A stretch of DNA of 50,670 nt from an uncultured Bdellovibrionales bacterium (GTDB lineage Bacteria; Bdellovibrionota_C; UBA2361; OMII01), in the NCBI GenBank assembly GCA_964655155.1, contig CAZZLV010000001.1:1-50670 (forward strand), in the 5' to 3' direction. The notes beneath the pieces were generated by a model that did no database searches, was not told the DNA's origin, and was given only the letters and a program-made list of their open reading frames with translations. The position numbers were made by a program, and so were the translations under genes. Shown here in pieces: positions 27,534 to 39,282 of this stretch (within the stretch, counting starts at the first letter, position 1; each line of letters begins with the position of its first letter).

Positions 27534-27959
27534 ATGGCAAAAGAGATTACAACATACATCAAGCTTCAGGTGACGGGAGGTCAGGCGAATCCTGCTCCTC
27601 CGATAGGCCCAGTACTTGGACAGCACGGCGTCAACATTATGGAGTTCTGTAAGCAGTTCAACGCAAAGACTCAGAAGCAGCAGGGCGAGGTCGTACCGGT
27701 CATAATCACCGTTTATAAGGATCGGTCATTTAGCTTTGAGCTTAAGACCGCACCAGTATCGTATCTGATCAAGAAGGCTCTTAAATTAGATAAGGGCTCG
27801 GCGGTTCCTAATAAAGACAAAGTAGGAAAGATCACCAAGGCCCAGGTGTATGAAATAGCTAAACAGAAGATGCAGGATCTTAACTGCTATGATGAAGAGG
27901 CAGCCTTCAAGATCGTTGCGGGGACGGCAAGAAGTATGGGAGTTGATGTTATCAATTAG
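27534..27959 (+). CDS. rplK: 50S ribosomal protein L11
   Basis: [44 protein letters not shown]. Confidence 0.95.
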   Translation: MAKEITTYIKLQVTGGQANPAPPIGPVLGQHGVNIMEFCKQFNAKTQKQQGEVVPVIITVYKDRSFSFELKTAPVSYLIKKALKLDKGSAVPNKDKVGKITKAQVYEIAKQKMQDLNCYDEEAAFKIVAGTARSMGVDVIN

Positions 27960-28219
27960 CCCTGTAGATATTGACTTATAGGCGGTTAATCCCTAGTCTA
28001 CCGGCGCCTTGTGTTCAAGCATTGCGTTTGTGTGTTAGCGGATTGCGGCGCAGAGAGGATCAGCCAAAGATCAGATTTGGATAAGCTAATTGGGTGGCAG
28101 AAGCCCTGAGGGAATGGCAGAGGCCCGAGAGAGACTGGCGACCAGTATCTGTAGAAGATTAGCTAGAAGGCGGCGCTCTTGTAGGGTATTTAATCCAGAG
28201 AAGAACTAAGCAGAAGGTG

Positions 28220-28277
28220 ATTAGAGTATTTAAGTTGAACATTAGAGTATTTAAGTTGAACATTAGAGTATTTAAGT
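28220..28277. repeat. Tandem repeat: 21-bp unit ATTAGAGTATTTAAGTTGAAC x 2.8
   Basis: Two perfect units at 28220-28240 and 28241-28261 plus a 16-nt partial third unit. The repeat ends 9 nt before the rplA ATG. Confidence 0.9.
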
Positions 28278-28286
28278 AGAGTCTGT

Positions 28287-28988
28287 ATGGCGCGCAAAAG
28301 AGAAGGAAAGAGAATCAGAGCAGCGCGGGCGAAAGTCCAGGCGGGTAAGTTTTATTCACTGGAGGAGGGGGCTGCCGTAGTAGCAAGCACAGCTTCTGCC
28401 AAGTTCGATGAAACAGTGGAGGTCGCTGTGCGGCTTGGGGTTGACCCGAAGAAAGCTGATCAGAATGTGCGAGGATCGATCGCGCTACCCCACGGTTTGG
28501 GTAAAGCTGTGCGAGTTCTTGTGTTCGCCAAGGGCGATAAGGCTCAGGAAGCACAAGCAGCCGGAGCTGACTTTGTTGGTGGAGATGACCTCGTAGAAAA
28601 GATCAAGGGTGGATTCTTTGAGTTTGATAGCGTCGTAGCAACGCCGGACATGATGGCACAGGTTGGTAAGGTGGGTAAGCTTCTTGGGCCTAGAGGTCTT
28701 ATGCCGTCTCCCAAAGTAGGGACCGTTACGTTTGACGTCGCTGATACGGTTAAGTCGGTTAAGTCGGGCCGAGCAGAGTACCGTGTGGATAAGGCTGGAA
28801 TCGTTCATGCGTCGGTTGGTAAGGCATCTTTTGGTGCAGCCAGAATCACGGAGAACGCGCAGGCACTTTTCCAGGCACTCAACAGAGCTAAGCCATCGTC
28901 GAGTAAAGGTGTGTATCTTCAGAGCGCATCAATGTCTCTGACGATGGGGCCAGGTGTAGCGCTAGATGTTGCAGCTTTAAGAGCCTAA
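28287..28988 (+). CDS. rplA: 50S ribosomal protein L1
   Basis: 233 aa with [25 protein letters not shown] and [15 protein letters not shown] motifs, in conserved cluster position. Confidence 0.95.
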   Translation: MARKREGKRIRAARAKVQAGKFYSLEEGAAVVASTASAKFDETVEVAVRLGVDPKKADQNVRGSIALPHGLGKAVRVLVFAKGDKAQEAQAAGADFVGGDDLVEKIKGGFFEFDSVVATPDMMAQVGKVGKLLGPRGLMPSPKVGTVTFDVADTVKSVKSGRAEYRVDKAGIVHASVGKASFGAARITENAQALFQALNRAKPSSSKGVYLQSASMSLTMGPGVALDVAALRA

Positions 28989-29062
28989 GCGGTAGGGCAT
29001 AGGTGGAGCTTACGAAGAGTACGTCAGGCTTATAGAAAGTGGTTTAGATAGGGATCAGCGGT

Positions 29063-29623
29063 ATGGATAGTGCAGAGAAGCAAACTGAGTTAAATCTGCT
29101 AATCGGTAAATTTGCGAGTGCTCAGGTGACTGTTTGCGCGGATTATCGTGGGCTAACAGTTGCCAAGATTACAGAGCTGCGGCGTGAGTTGCGCAAGGCG
29201 GGCTCGGAAGGGCGAGTTGTCCGGAACACATTGGCTAGATTGGCAGCAACTAAAACAGCAGAGGGTGCCAAGGACGGGGAGTTGGAAAAGTTCCTGGGTT
29301 CAATCATAGGGCCCACGCTGGTGGTTACCTGTGATAAGGATCCGATTGCACCGACGAAGGTGTTGGCGAAGTTTGCAAGAGAGAATGCTGATAAATTTCG
29401 AGTGAAAGGGTGTTGGTTAGATGGCGCGTACGTGGATGCGGCAGGGGTAGATTCTTTGTCGAAGATGCCTGGTCGTGAGGAAACGTTCGCCATGTTGCTG
29501 GCCCTCATCAATGAGCCTGCAACGCGGCTGGTGCGACTGATGTCGGAGCCTAGCGCGCAGGTGGTACGTTCGATCGAGGCCTACCGCAAGAAACTCGGAG
29601 GAGAAGATTCAGCTGCGGCGTAG
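29063..29623 (+). CDS. rplJ: 50S ribosomal protein L10
   Basis: 186 aa located between rplA and rplL, with L10-like sequence (VCADYRGLTVAKITELRRELR). Confidence 0.9.
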   Translation: MDSAEKQTELNLLIGKFASAQVTVCADYRGLTVAKITELRRELRKAGSEGRVVRNTLARLAATKTAEGAKDGELEKFLGSIIGPTLVVTCDKDPIAPTKVLAKFARENADKFRVKGCWLDGAYVDAAGVDSLSKMPGREETFAMLLALINEPATRLVRLMSEPSAQVVRSIEAYRKKLGGEDSAAA

Positions 29624-29693
29624 ATCGTTGCGGTTGGGTAGGATATTAGGAACTGTTTAAGTTTAGTTGTGTCGTTAGTAAAGGAGTACAACC

Positions 29694-30083
29694 ATGTCAG
29701 AAGGCTACACGTTTGAAGGCGTTGTGGATTACATCAAGGGTATGTCCCTGATGGATGCTGCCAAGATGGTAAAGAAGCTGGAAGAGGAGCTTGGCGTTAG
29801 TGCTGCTGCTCCTGTTGCAATGGTAGCTGGCGCTGCTCCAGCTGCTGGCGGAGCTGCCGCTGCTGAGGAGAAGACCGAGTTCACGATTATGCTTGATGAT
29901 GCCGGCGCCGAGAAGGTGAAGGTGATCAAGGTTGTTCGTGAGATCACAGGACTTGGCCTCAAAGAGGCTAAGGATTTAGTTGATGGCGCTCCAAAGCTCG
30001 TCAAGGAAGGGGTTGCTAAGGCGGAGGCTGAGGAGTTTGTTAAGAAGCTCAAAGAGGCCGGTGCTAAGGCTTCGCTCAAGTAG
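29694..30083 (+). CDS. rplL: 50S ribosomal protein L7/L12
   Basis: Ala-rich hinge followed by [45 protein letters not shown]. Confidence 0.95.
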   Translation: MSEGYTFEGVVDYIKGMSLMDAAKMVKKLEEELGVSAAAPVAMVAGAAPAAGGAAAAEEKTEFTIMLDDAGAEKVKVIKVVREITGLGLKEAKDLVDGAPKLVKEGVAKAEAEEFVKKLKEAGAKASLK

Positions 30084-30354
30084 TCCAAGTAAGCCCTAGC
30101 TGGGTGGCGCGTGCGTTTAGTCAGGTAGCCGGATAATTCCAAAGTCAGATTTAACGGCTTGTTGCTCAGCTGGGGTGGTCAGGGACTTCCCTTTGTGGCC
30201 ACTTTGGCCTAGTATCGGGGATTGCCGAGATTCGGCAAGATACCGTTAAAAATTAGTCAGCATAGAAAACTGGCGCGCGTTGCAAGTCGCATGCATGCGT
30301 TTTAAGCGTATGCAGAGGTGTGTGTTCCGCTATCTCCACGAGAGCTCAGGGGAG

Positions 30355-30386
30355 AGCGGTCATGCATGAGAGCGGTCATGCATGAG
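30355..30386. repeat. Perfect 16-bp tandem duplication AGCGGTCATGCATGAG x 2
   Basis: Read directly from the rplL-rpoB spacer. Each unit contains the ATGCAT palindrome, and CGCATGCATGCG lies about 60 nt upstream. Confidence 0.9.
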
Positions 30387-30545
30387 TTGTGTATAAGGCG
30401 CTCGTCGGTAGCTACGCTGAATGTTATTCCCCAGCCGCAACAGCTTCCCACAGAGGGGCTTGCTGGTTGTGGAGGGGAAGGGACGCTGAGCTCATCAGGT
30501 TCTGAACAAGAATCGATGGGCTCTTGCTGTTAGAGTCACTTACGT

Positions 30546-33500
30546 ATGACATCGAAAATCAAGACCAACCTTCGCCTCCGAAAAACGTATTCTAAAATTG
30601 GTGAGATAGCAGAGATTCCGAATCTGATCGGAATTCAGAGGAGCTCTTATGAGCGTTTCCTTCAGTCTTCAGTGCAGGCTGAGAAACGAGAGGACATAGG
30701 GCTTCAGAAGGTCTTCAAGTCGGTGTTCCCAGTTAGGGATTACAACAACACCGCATCGCTTGAATTTGTCTCTTACAATCTTGGGACTCCGAAGTACGAC
30801 ATGGATGAGTGCCGGGATCGTGGAATGACGTGGGCAGCTCCGCTGCGCGTGACGATTCAGTTAGTGCTTTGGGACGTGAATCCAGAGACCGGAGCGCGAC
30901 ACTTGAGCGCGCTCAAGGAAGATGTTGTTTATTTCGGTGAGATACCGCTGATGACCGAGCGTGGAACGTTCGTAATCAATGGAACTGAGCGGGTAATAGT
31001 AAGCCAGCTACATCGTTCGCCAGGCGTGTTCTTTGATCACGATGATGGCAAGAGTCATGTGTCGGGTAAGCTGCTGTACTCGGCTCGTATCATCCCGTAT
31101 CGAGGGTCGTGGATCGACTTTGAATTTGATGTGAAGGATATCCTCCACGTGCGTATCGATCGCCGGCGTAAGCTTAATGCCACGGTCCTATTGCGTGCGC
31201 TGGGGATGTCAGCAGACGACATACTTAGCTCGTATTTCAAGACCGATACGATTGTTTTTGGAAAGCGTGGCGTAGTCACCAAAGAATTCAAGGCCGACCA
31301 ACTTGATGGAGAGAAGGCCTTCCGCGAGATCAAGGAAGGCGGCAAGGTTCTCGTTAAGCAGGGTGGTAAGTTTAACAAGGCAGTTATCCGTCGGCTTCGA
31401 GAAGCAGGAGTTTCGGAGATAGAGATAGCACCGGATTCTGTTCCAGGGATGGTTGCAGCTGAAACTGTTGTGCAGGCAACGGACGATGTTGTTAATCCCA
31501 AGACGGGCGAGGTAATCGCTGAGAAGGGTGAGGTTTTCGTTGGGTGGGATATTATCCGCGAGCGCGTGGGTTCTGCAGTTCTGGAGCTTGATGAGAAGGA
31601 TGCTAAGGCGATCTGCGGACAGTTCGAAATTATCGTTAACGCCGGAGATGAGCTGAAGGCTGATAAGGTCAATTCAAAGGGCGAGGTCGTTGAGAAGGGT
31701 GCTATTACAGCGCAGCGTGAGTTGGGTGTTGATCGGATTCGAGTTCTCTACCTAGAGGATAACCACATCGGGGAGTCGCTCTGGAAGACACTGATCTCTG
31801 ATAAGATGGGGGGAGATAACTCTCTTTATTCGCGTCTCTCTGGCAGGCCAACCATAGACAGCCTCGTTGAAATTTATCGTCGCTTGCGACCTGGAGATCC
31901 GCCGCGTCCTGAGACAGCGCAGGCTACGTTTAAGAATCTATTCTTTAACGCTGACCGTTACGATCTCTCCGACATCGGCCGTTACAAGCTTAATCACAAG
32001 CTCTACATTTCACAGGGGCGTGAGGCTCCTCCGATGGATCAGGGGGTTCTTGCTCCGGAAGATATCAAGGAGACTGTGCGCTATTTGCTTGAGCTCCGTA
32101 ACTCTACAGATACTCAGCGTTATTCAATTGATGACATTGACCATCTCGGTAATCGGCGTGTACGCGCAGTTGGCGAGTTGATTGAGAACCAGTATCGCAT
32201 CGGTCTAGTCCGAATGGAGCGTGCTGTTAGAGAGCGCATGGGTATGCAGGATATCGATACCCTTGTTCCACAGGATCTAATCAACTACAAGCCGGTTGCC
32301 GCAGTGGTGAAGGAGTTCTTCGGTTCATCGCAACTATCGCAGTTCATGGATCAGACTAATCCACTTTCTGAGATTACCCATAAGCGGCGTCTCTCAGCAC
32401 TTGGGCCAGGCGGTCTTACCCGCGATCGCGCGGGGTTTGAGGTCCGTGACGTTAATGCGACCCACTACGGCCGCATATGTCCGATTGAGACACCGGAGGG
32501 TCCAAATATCGGTCTGATTGCATCGCTAGCCGTATATGCCCGTGTTAATGAGTTTGGATTTATCGAGACCCCTTACCGGGTGATTGATAACAACAACAAG
32601 GTAACGAGTGATGTGGTATACCTTTCGGCTCTTGAGGAAGAGCGCGAGACTATTGCTCCGGCCAGTATTGGCATGGACACGAAGGGAAATCTCACTGAGT
32701 CGTCAATTCCAGTTCGCCGTAACGGAGAGTATCTCCTGGTACCGCCTGAGGAGGTCTCAAAGCTGGATGTTAGTCCAAAGCAGATCGTGAGTGTGGCTGC
32801 TTCGCTCATTCCGTTCTTGGAGAACGACGATGCCAACAGAGCTTTGATGGGTTCGAACATGCAGCGTCAGGCAGTGCCGTGCTTAATCGCGCAGGCGCCG
32901 CTGGTCGGAACCGGGATGGAGCACGTGGTTGCTCGTGATTCTGGGGCGACGATCGTGGCCAAGAGATCAGGTACGGTCATGTCAGTTGAATCCGAGAGGA
33001 TCGTAATCAAGGCAGATAAAGTTTCGGATGATTCGCTCGATACAGGGGTGGATATCTATAAGCTCGTTAAGTACCGCCGGTCGAACCAAAATACCTGCAT
33101 AACTCAGCGCCCGATAGTTCGTGCCGGCGAGCAGGTCGGAGAGAATGAGGTTATTGCCGATGGGCCGAGCACGGATATGGCTGAGCTTGCGCTCGGTCAG
33201 AACTGTCTCGTGGCGTTTATGCCTTGGAATGGATACAACTTCGAAGACTCGGTTCTCATCAGTGAGAATTTAGTGAAGAGGGATGTATTCTCCTCGGTGC
33301 ATATCGAAGAGTTCGAGTGTATCGCTCGAGATACTAAGCTCGGCAAAGAAGAGATCACGCGGGATATCCCAAATGTCGGTGAGGACGCGCTGCGCAACCT
33401 CGACGAGTCTGGAATTATCCGAATTGGTGCTGAGGTTCGTCCTGGAGATATTATTGTTGGTAAGATTACTCCAAAGAGTGAAACACAGCTGAGCCCTGAA

Positions 33501-35006
33501 GAGAAGCTGCTGCGCGCGATTTTCGGAGAGAAGGCAGGAGAGGTTCGTGACAGTAGCTTGAAGCTCCCACCAGGGGTTGAAGGCACTGTAATTGCTGCCC
33601 AGGTATTTTCGCGTAAGGGTACAGACAAAGATGAGCGCACTATCGAACTTGAGAAGCGTGACATCGCTCGTCTTGAGCAGGATCAGAAAGACGAGATCAA
33701 GATCCTCAAGGACACCGCCCTCAAAGGGATCGTTAACGCGCTCGTCGGTCGTACTACTACGGCACGGCTCGTCGATGATAAGCGCTCCGAGTTAATTAAG
33801 AAGGGAGAGATGCTCACTTCTGAAGTATTGGCCGGAGTACCATTTGAGTATCTACGTGATATTCAGGTTGGTGACGAGGCGCTTCAGGAGCAAATCAACA
33901 AGGTGGTTATGAGCACCGGGCAGTTGATCAACAACAAGCGTGCGCATCTCAACGAGAAGATCAAGCGGCTTAAGGAAGGTGATGAGCTCGCACCAGGGAT
34001 CATCAAGATGGTCAAGGTGTTTGTCGCTAGCAAGCGCAAGATTCAGGTAGGTGACAAGGTTGCCGGTCGTCATGGAAATAAGGGAGTGCTCTCACGAGTT
34101 CTTCCTCAGGAGGACATGCCTTACCTGGCAGATGGTACTCCGGTGGACATGGTATTAAATCCGCTCGGTGTTCCCTCTCGAATGAATGTAGGGCAGATAC
34201 TCGAGACCCATCTGGGATGGGCATCGTATCTTCTTGGGCGTCGCATCGGCAATTTGGTCGAATCAATCATCGATCCTCTGACGGGGGTTGATCGTCAAGA
34301 GACCACAGCGGAGAGTAAGAAGCAGATAGTTGCCAAGGTTCGCGAGGTGCTGCTACTGGCTTACAAGGGTAGCTCTCATGCACAGTTTGTGCAATCGCTA
34401 TCGGATCACGATCTGCTGACACTTGCGTGCCGAGAGGCTCGTGGCGTGCGATTGGCAACTCCTGTTTTTGATGCGGCGCGCGAGAGCGACATTCAAGAGC
34501 TGCTTAATTTCGTTGGCGCACCTGTTGATGGCAAGATTCAGTTGTATGATGGCCGAACTGGTGAGCCGTTTTCCGAGAGAGCAACGGTCGGTGTGATGTA
34601 CATGTTGAAGCTCGACCACTTGGTAGACGATAAGATACATGCCCGGTCAATTGGACCTTACTCGCTGGTCACTCAGCAGCCACTGGGAGGCAAGGCGCAG
34701 TTTGGAGGACAGAGACTCGGAGAGATGGAGGTGTGGGCATTAGAGGCGTATGGCGCAGCCTATTCACTTCAAGAGTTTTTGACGGTCAAGTCTGACGACG
34801 TAGCTGGCAGAACTCGGATGTACGAGTCGATTGTGAAGGGAGAGCACGTTCTAGAGCCAGGTTTGCCAGAGTCCTTCAACGTAATGATGAAGGAGCTGCA
34901 GTCTCTTGGTCTCGACGTAGAGTTGGTTGAAGAACAACCGGCAAACGTTGATGAGGCCGAGCCTTCAGATTCTATCGGTGAAGGGCCAGCGCTGGCGGCC
35001 GTGTAA
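30546..35006 (+). CDS. rpoB: DNA-directed RNA polymerase subunit beta
   Basis: 1486 aa with [19 protein letters not shown] and [13 protein letters not shown] motifs. The extra length lies in a lineage-type insertion around residues 230-400. Confidence 0.97.
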   Translation: MTSKIKTNLRLRKTYSKIGEIAEIPNLIGIQRSSYERFLQSSVQAEKREDIGLQKVFKSVFPVRDYNNTASLEFVSYNLGTPKYDMDECRDRGMTWAAPLRVTIQLVLWDVNPETGARHLSALKEDVVYFGEIPLMTERGTFVINGTERVIVSQLHRSPGVFFDHDDGKSHVSGKLLYSARIIPYRGSWIDFEFDVKDILHVRIDRRRKLNATVLLRALGMSADDILSSYFKTDTIVFGKRGVVTKEFKADQLDGEKAFREIKEGGKVLVKQGGKFNKAVIRRLREAGVSEIEIAPDSVPGMVAAETVVQATDDVVNPKTGEVIAEKGEVFVGWDIIRERVGSAVLELDEKDAKAICGQFEIIVNAGDELKADKVNSKGEVVEKGAITAQRELGVDRIRVLYLEDNHIGESLWKTLISDKMGGDNSLYSRLSGRPTIDSLVEIYRRLRPGDPPRPETAQATFKNLFFNADRYDLSDIGRYKLNHKLYISQGREAPPMDQGVLAPEDIKETVRYLLELRNSTDTQRYSIDDIDHLGNRRVRAVGELIENQYRIGLVRMERAVRERMGMQDIDTLVPQDLINYKPVAAVVKEFFGSSQLSQFMDQTNPLSEITHKRRLSALGPGGLTRDRAGFEVRDVNATHYGRICPIETPEGPNIGLIASLAVYARVNEFGFIETPYRVIDNNNKVTSDVVYLSALEEERETIAPASIGMDTKGNLTESSIPVRRNGEYLLVPPEEVSKLDVSPKQIVSVAASLIPFLENDDANRALMGSNMQRQAVPCLIAQAPLVGTGMEHVVARDSGATIVAKRSGTVMSVESERIVIKADKVSDDSLDTGVDIYKLVKYRRSNQNTCITQRPIVRAGEQVGENEVIADGPSTDMAELALGQNCLVAFMPWNGYNFEDSVLISENLVKRDVFSSVHIEEFECIARDTKLGKEEITRDIPNVGEDALRNLDESGIIRIGAEVRPGDIIVGKITPKSETQLSPEEKLLRAIFGEKAGEVRDSSLKLPPGVEGTVIAAQVFSRKGTDKDERTIELEKRDIARLEQDQKDEIKILKDTALKGIVNALVGRTTTARLVDDKRSELIKKGEMLTSEVLAGVPFEYLRDIQVGDEALQEQINKVVMSTGQLINNKRAHLNEKIKRLKEGDELAPGIIKMVKVFVASKRKIQVGDKVAGRHGNKGVLSRVLPQEDMPYLADGTPVDMVLNPLGVPSRMNVGQILETHLGWASYLLGRRIGNLVESIIDPLTGVDRQETTAESKKQIVAKVREVLLLAYKGSSHAQFVQSLSDHDLLTLACREARGVRLATPVFDAARESDIQELLNFVGAPVDGKIQLYDGRTGEPFSERATVGVMYMLKLDHLVDDKIHARSIGPYSLVTQQPLGGKAQFGGQRLGEMEVWALEAYGAAYSLQEFLTVKSDDVAGRTRMYESIVKGEHVLEPGLPESFNVMMKELQSLGLDVELVEEQPANVDEAEPSDSIGEGPALAAV

Positions 35007-35068
35007 TTAAATCTGCGGCCGGCAGCAGAGCCGGCCGCACAACTGCTTTCAAATAAGAGGGATTAAAG

Positions 35069-38000
35069 ATGGACGATTTATTTAATTTGTTTGAGCGACC
35101 AAAGAATCCAATTAAGTTCAACGCACTTAAGATATCTCTCGCCAGCCCCGAGCGAATCCGCAGTTGGTCGTTTGGCGAGGTTACAAAGCCTGAAACGATA
35201 AATTATCGTACCCTCAAGCCGGAGCGTGATGGGCTCTTCTGTGCCAAGATATTCGGGCCAGTAAAAGACTATGAGTGTATCTGTGGTAAATATAAGCGAC
35301 TTCGCCATCGCGGTGTAGTCTGCGAAAAGTGCGGCGTTGAGGTAATCCAGTCCAAGGTGCGTCGTGAGCGCATGGGCCACATTGAGCTCGCGTGCCCAGT
35401 TGCACACATCTGGTTCTTGAAGAGTCTGCCGAGTCGAATCGGCAATATACTCGACCTCACCCTACGCGATCTGGAGAAGGTGCTCTACTTTGAGAGCTAC
35501 GTCGTCACCGATCCGGGCAAGTCAAACCTGAAAATGGGAGAGCTTCTCTCTGAGCGCGACTATCGTACAGCCCGCGAGCAGTTTGGATCATCTTTCGAAG
35601 CTGGGATGGGCGCAGAGTCAATTCTGATCCTCCTTAAAGCGATAGATGTTGATCCGCTTTGTGCAGAATTGCGTGAAGAGATGAGGGAGGTAACATCTGA
35701 GGCAAAGAAGAAGAAGCTTGCAAAACGTCTTAAGGTGTTGACCTCATTCCAGCAGAGTGGAAATCGCCCTGAGTGGATGATTCTTAACGTCGTGCCGGTG
35801 ATCCCTCCGGATCTTAGACCGCTTGTGCCGCTTGATGGTGGTCGGTTCGCGACAAGCGATCTTAACGATTTGTACCGTCGTGTCATTAATCGTAACAACC
35901 GTCTTAAGAGGCTTATAGAACTCAACGCTCCTGATATCATAATTCGAAACGAGAAGCGCATGCTTCAAGAGTCGGTAGATGCTCTGTTTGATAACGGTCG
36001 TCGTGGACGTACGATAACAGGGCCGAACAAGCGGCCGCTCAAGTCGCTCAGCGACATGCTAAAGGGTAAAGGTGGACGTTTTCGTCAGAACTTGCTCGGA
36101 AAGCGGGTGGATTACTCGGGCCGTTCGGTAATCGTTGTTGGCCCAGAGCTTCGTTTGCATCAGTGTGGTCTGCCGAAGAAGATGGCCCTCGAGCTGTTCA
36201 AGCCGTTTATTTACAACAAGCTCGAGGAACGTGGATATGTGACCACGATTAAGAGCGCAAAGAAGATGGTCGAGAAGGAGAAACCGGTCGTATGGGATAT
36301 ACTCGATGAGGTTATCCGAGAGCACCCAGTGCTCCTAAACCGTGCGCCTACCCTGCATCGTCTTGGTATTCAGGCGTTTGAGCCGATATTGATCGAAGGC
36401 AAGGCTATTCAGCTGCATCCGCTCGTTTGTACTGCTTTCAACGCCGACTTCGACGGTGATCAGATGGCAGTGCACGTGCCGCTTTCGATTGAGGCCCAAG
36501 TTGAGTCGCGCGTGTTGATGATGTCCACAAACAACATTCTCAGCCCTGCAAATGGTAAACCAATCATAGTGCCTTCACAGGATATCGTTCTTGGGTTGTA
36601 TTATATGACTCGTGAGCGGCCATTCGCGCTTGGAGAGAATAAGGTATACGCCAATCCGGATGAAGTTTGGTTGGCTTGGCAGGCCCATGAGACACACTTA
36701 CAGGCTAAGATTAAATTGCGTGTCGATGGCGAGCTGGCCTCAACTACTGTTGGTCGCACACTCCTCTACCATCTCTGTCCAAAGGTGTTGCCATTTGCAC
36801 ACTTTAACAAAGTGATGAAGAAGAAGGAGATATCGCAGCTGATAGATGAGTGCTTCCGTGTCGCCGGCAATAAGGCTACGGTGCTCTTGGCTGATAAGCT
36901 CAAGGATAACGGATATTACTTCGCTACTATTTCGGGTATCTCGATCGGAGTGCACGATATGGTGATTCCGGATGCAAAGAGAGGGTTACTCGCTGAGGCG
37001 GATGATAAGGTAGCGGAGATTGATAATCAGTACCGCGAGGGGCTTGTCACATCAGGTGAGCGCTACAACAAGGTAATCGATATCTGGTCGGACGTGGGCG
37101 ATCGTATCGCTACGGACATGATGGAGACTATCTCCTCGACTGAGTTTAAGAATGAGGATAACGGTGAGATCAAACGTGGCCCATCGTTTAATCCTATTTT
37201 TATCATGGCCGACTCCGGAGCTCGTGGTTCCAGTCAGCAAATACGTCAGTTGGGCGGAATGCGCGGACTCATGGCTAAGCCTGATGGTTCGATCATTGAG
37301 CAGCCGATTAAAGCGAATCTGCGTGAGGGGTTAACCGTATTGCAGTACTTCGTATCAACGCACGGAGCGCGCAAGGGTCTTGCCGATACTGCGCTCAAGA
37401 CGGCTAGCTCTGGATATCTGACTCGTAAGCTGGTTGACGTGGCCCAGGATAGCATCGTTAGTGAGATTGATTGCGGAACGATGGAAGGTCTTGAGATGTC
37501 GGCACTGATTGAAGGTGGTGAGGAGATCGAGAGTTTGTACAATCGTATTCTCGGTCGTGCAGCCGCAGAGGATGTACGTGACCCAGTCACTAACGACATA
37601 TTGGTGGCGAGGAATCAGCAGATTGATGAAGAGCTGGCAACGAAGATCGCTAATGCTGGACTAGATACTGTTTTAATCCGCTCAGTGCTCACCTGTGAGG
37701 CTGAGCGCGGCGTATGTAGCCTTTGCTACGGTCGTGATCTAGCGCGTGGTCATTTGGTAAATATCGGAGAGGCCGTGGGCGTTATTGCTGCACAGTCGAT
37801 TGGTGAGCCTGGAACACAGCTGACTATGAGAACGTTCCACATCGGAGGTGCGGCATTAGGTAGAGCGGAATCTACATCGCTTGAAGCACGCTATGCTGGA
37901 GTTGTTCGGCTCGAAGGGGTGCGAGTAGCGCGGCGTCGTGACGGAACTTCAGTGGTGATGAGTCGCAAGAGCGATCTGCTGATAGTTGACAAGGCCGATG

Positions 38001-39208
38001 GACGTGAGCGAGAGCGCCATCAGCTGGTATACGGCGCACGACTTCGGGTAGAAGAGGGTCAAGAGGTGAAACCAGGAGCGCTGCTTAGTGAGTGGGATCC
38101 ATTTACTATTCCTATCTTAAGTGAATTGGCAGGTCGTATTGAGTGGGTAGACGTGTCCGAGTACACCATGGAGGAGCGTGCTGACGAGCGCACCGGATTC
38201 GTTGAGCGCGAAATCGTTCAAGCTAAGGACAAGAGCAGTGATTTGAGGCCTCGAATCGTGATTCACGGCGAAAATGGTGACACACGCGTGTACAACTTGC
38301 CGGTTGGTGTTCGGCTGGTCGTAGAGCACAATTCCGATATTGACGCCGGCGACGTGATCGCTAAGAGAGAGCGTGCAACGACTAAGACTAAGGACATTAC
38401 TGGCGGTCTGCCGCGCGTAGTAGAGTTACTAGAGGCTCGCAAGCCCAAGGATCCAGCTATAGTGAGTGATGTAGACGGTATCGTCGATTTTGGCGATGAT
38501 TCGAGAGGCAAGCGCAAGATCGTAGTAACTCCGGACTTTGGTGAGCCTAGGGAGTATCTTGTAGCCAAGACTAAGCATGTTGTTGTGCAGCGAGGCGATA
38601 AGGTTAAGGCTGGCGAGGTGCTTACCGATGGCGCAGTCAATCCGCACGACATTCTACGTATTGAGGGTGTGAAAGCTCTTGCTGCTTATCTCGTGAATGA
38701 AGTTCAAGAGATCTATCGGTTACAGGGTGTGCGTATAAATGACAAGCACATCGAAGTAATCGTTCGTCAGATGCTCAAGCGCGTAAAGGTCAGTGAGTTC
38801 GGTGACAGCACCTTCCTCGTTGGTGATAACGTGGAGCGCTTCCGTGTTATGGACGAGAATCAGCGTGTTGTGGCAAGTGGCGGTAAGCCAGCAACTTATG
38901 AACCGTTGTTACTCGGTATAACCAAGGCGGCCTTGTCGACGGAGTCATTCATCTCTGCTGCGAGCTTCCAGGAGACAACTAAGGTTCTTACAGAGGCGGC
39001 GGTATCAGGGAAGACCGATAATCTTCGCGGTCTCAAGGAGAACGTGATTATGGGTAGACTCATACCAGCAGGATCTGGGGTTGAGGCTTACGCTAAACGT
39101 CATGTGCAGGTTGAGGGTGAGCAACCAGGTGGTGAAGTAGGCAGGAAGACACAGTCAGATTACAAGATGAGCCAGACTTCGTTAGAGAGCCTACAGGGAC
39201 TATTCTAG
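35069..39208 (+). CDS. rpoC: DNA-directed RNA polymerase subunit beta'
   Basis: 1379 aa with zinc-binding CxC..CxxC near the N-terminus and the catalytic NADFDGDQM motif. Confidence 0.97.
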   Translation: MDDLFNLFERPKNPIKFNALKISLASPERIRSWSFGEVTKPETINYRTLKPERDGLFCAKIFGPVKDYECICGKYKRLRHRGVVCEKCGVEVIQSKVRRERMGHIELACPVAHIWFLKSLPSRIGNILDLTLRDLEKVLYFESYVVTDPGKSNLKMGELLSERDYRTAREQFGSSFEAGMGAESILILLKAIDVDPLCAELREEMREVTSEAKKKKLAKRLKVLTSFQQSGNRPEWMILNVVPVIPPDLRPLVPLDGGRFATSDLNDLYRRVINRNNRLKRLIELNAPDIIIRNEKRMLQESVDALFDNGRRGRTITGPNKRPLKSLSDMLKGKGGRFRQNLLGKRVDYSGRSVIVVGPELRLHQCGLPKKMALELFKPFIYNKLEERGYVTTIKSAKKMVEKEKPVVWDILDEVIREHPVLLNRAPTLHRLGIQAFEPILIEGKAIQLHPLVCTAFNADFDGDQMAVHVPLSIEAQVESRVLMMSTNNILSPANGKPIIVPSQDIVLGLYYMTRERPFALGENKVYANPDEVWLAWQAHETHLQAKIKLRVDGELASTTVGRTLLYHLCPKVLPFAHFNKVMKKKEISQLIDECFRVAGNKATVLLADKLKDNGYYFATISGISIGVHDMVIPDAKRGLLAEADDKVAEIDNQYREGLVTSGERYNKVIDIWSDVGDRIATDMMETISSTEFKNEDNGEIKRGPSFNPIFIMADSGARGSSQQIRQLGGMRGLMAKPDGSIIEQPIKANLREGLTVLQYFVSTHGARKGLADTALKTASSGYLTRKLVDVAQDSIVSEIDCGTMEGLEMSALIEGGEEIESLYNRILGRAAAEDVRDPVTNDILVARNQQIDEELATKIANAGLDTVLIRSVLTCEAERGVCSLCYGRDLARGHLVNIGEAVGVIAAQSIGEPGTQLTMRTFHIGGAALGRAESTSLEARYAGVVRLEGVRVARRRDGTSVVMSRKSDLLIVDKADGRERERHQLVYGARLRVEEGQEVKPGALLSEWDPFTIPILSELAGRIEWVDVSEYTMEERADERTGFVEREIVQAKDKSSDLRPRIVIHGENGDTRVYNLPVGVRLVVEHNSDIDAGDVIAKRERATTKTKDITGGLPRVVELLEARKPKDPAIVSDVDGIVDFGDDSRGKRKIVVTPDFGEPREYLVAKTKHVVVQRGDKVKAGEVLTDGAVNPHDILRIEGVKALAAYLVNEVQEIYRLQGVRINDKHIEVIVRQMLKRVKVSEFGDSTFLVGDNVERFRVMDENQRVVASGGKPATYEPLLLGITKAALSTESFISAASFQETTKVLTEAAVSGKTDNLRGLKENVIMGRLIPAGSGVEAYAKRHVQVEGEQPGGEVGRKTQSDYKMSQTSLESLQGLF

Positions 39209-39239
39209 CATTCTTACTGCTACAATAACGGAAATTAGG

Positions 39240-39271
39240 CGTGTGGATAGGGCTTTTAGCCCCTATACACG
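39240..39271. terminator. Imperfect hairpin between convergent rpoC and the ABC exporter gene
   Basis: CGTGTGGATAGGGC-TTTT-AGCCCCTATACACG. There is no clear U-tract on either strand, so terminator function is only suggested by position. Confidence 0.3.
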
Positions 39272-39282
39272 TCTGGGGCCTT

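Noticed and set aside
29800-29880. GCTGCT-rich low-complexity tract in rplL
   Set aside because: This is the normal Ala-rich flexible hinge of L7/L12, not a repeat element.
31200-31800. Extra length of rpoB (1486 aa), considered as an intein or mobile insertion
   Set aside because: The additional segment is in-frame, lacks intein splice motifs or an endonuclease signature, and lies where lineage-specific beta-subunit insertions are common.
31055-38652. Antisense or out-of-frame ORFs inside rpoB and rpoC (for example 31055..31672, 33197..33664, 35560..35961, 38263..38652)
   Set aside because: These are shadow ORFs within very strongly supported CDS, and they have no independent motifs.
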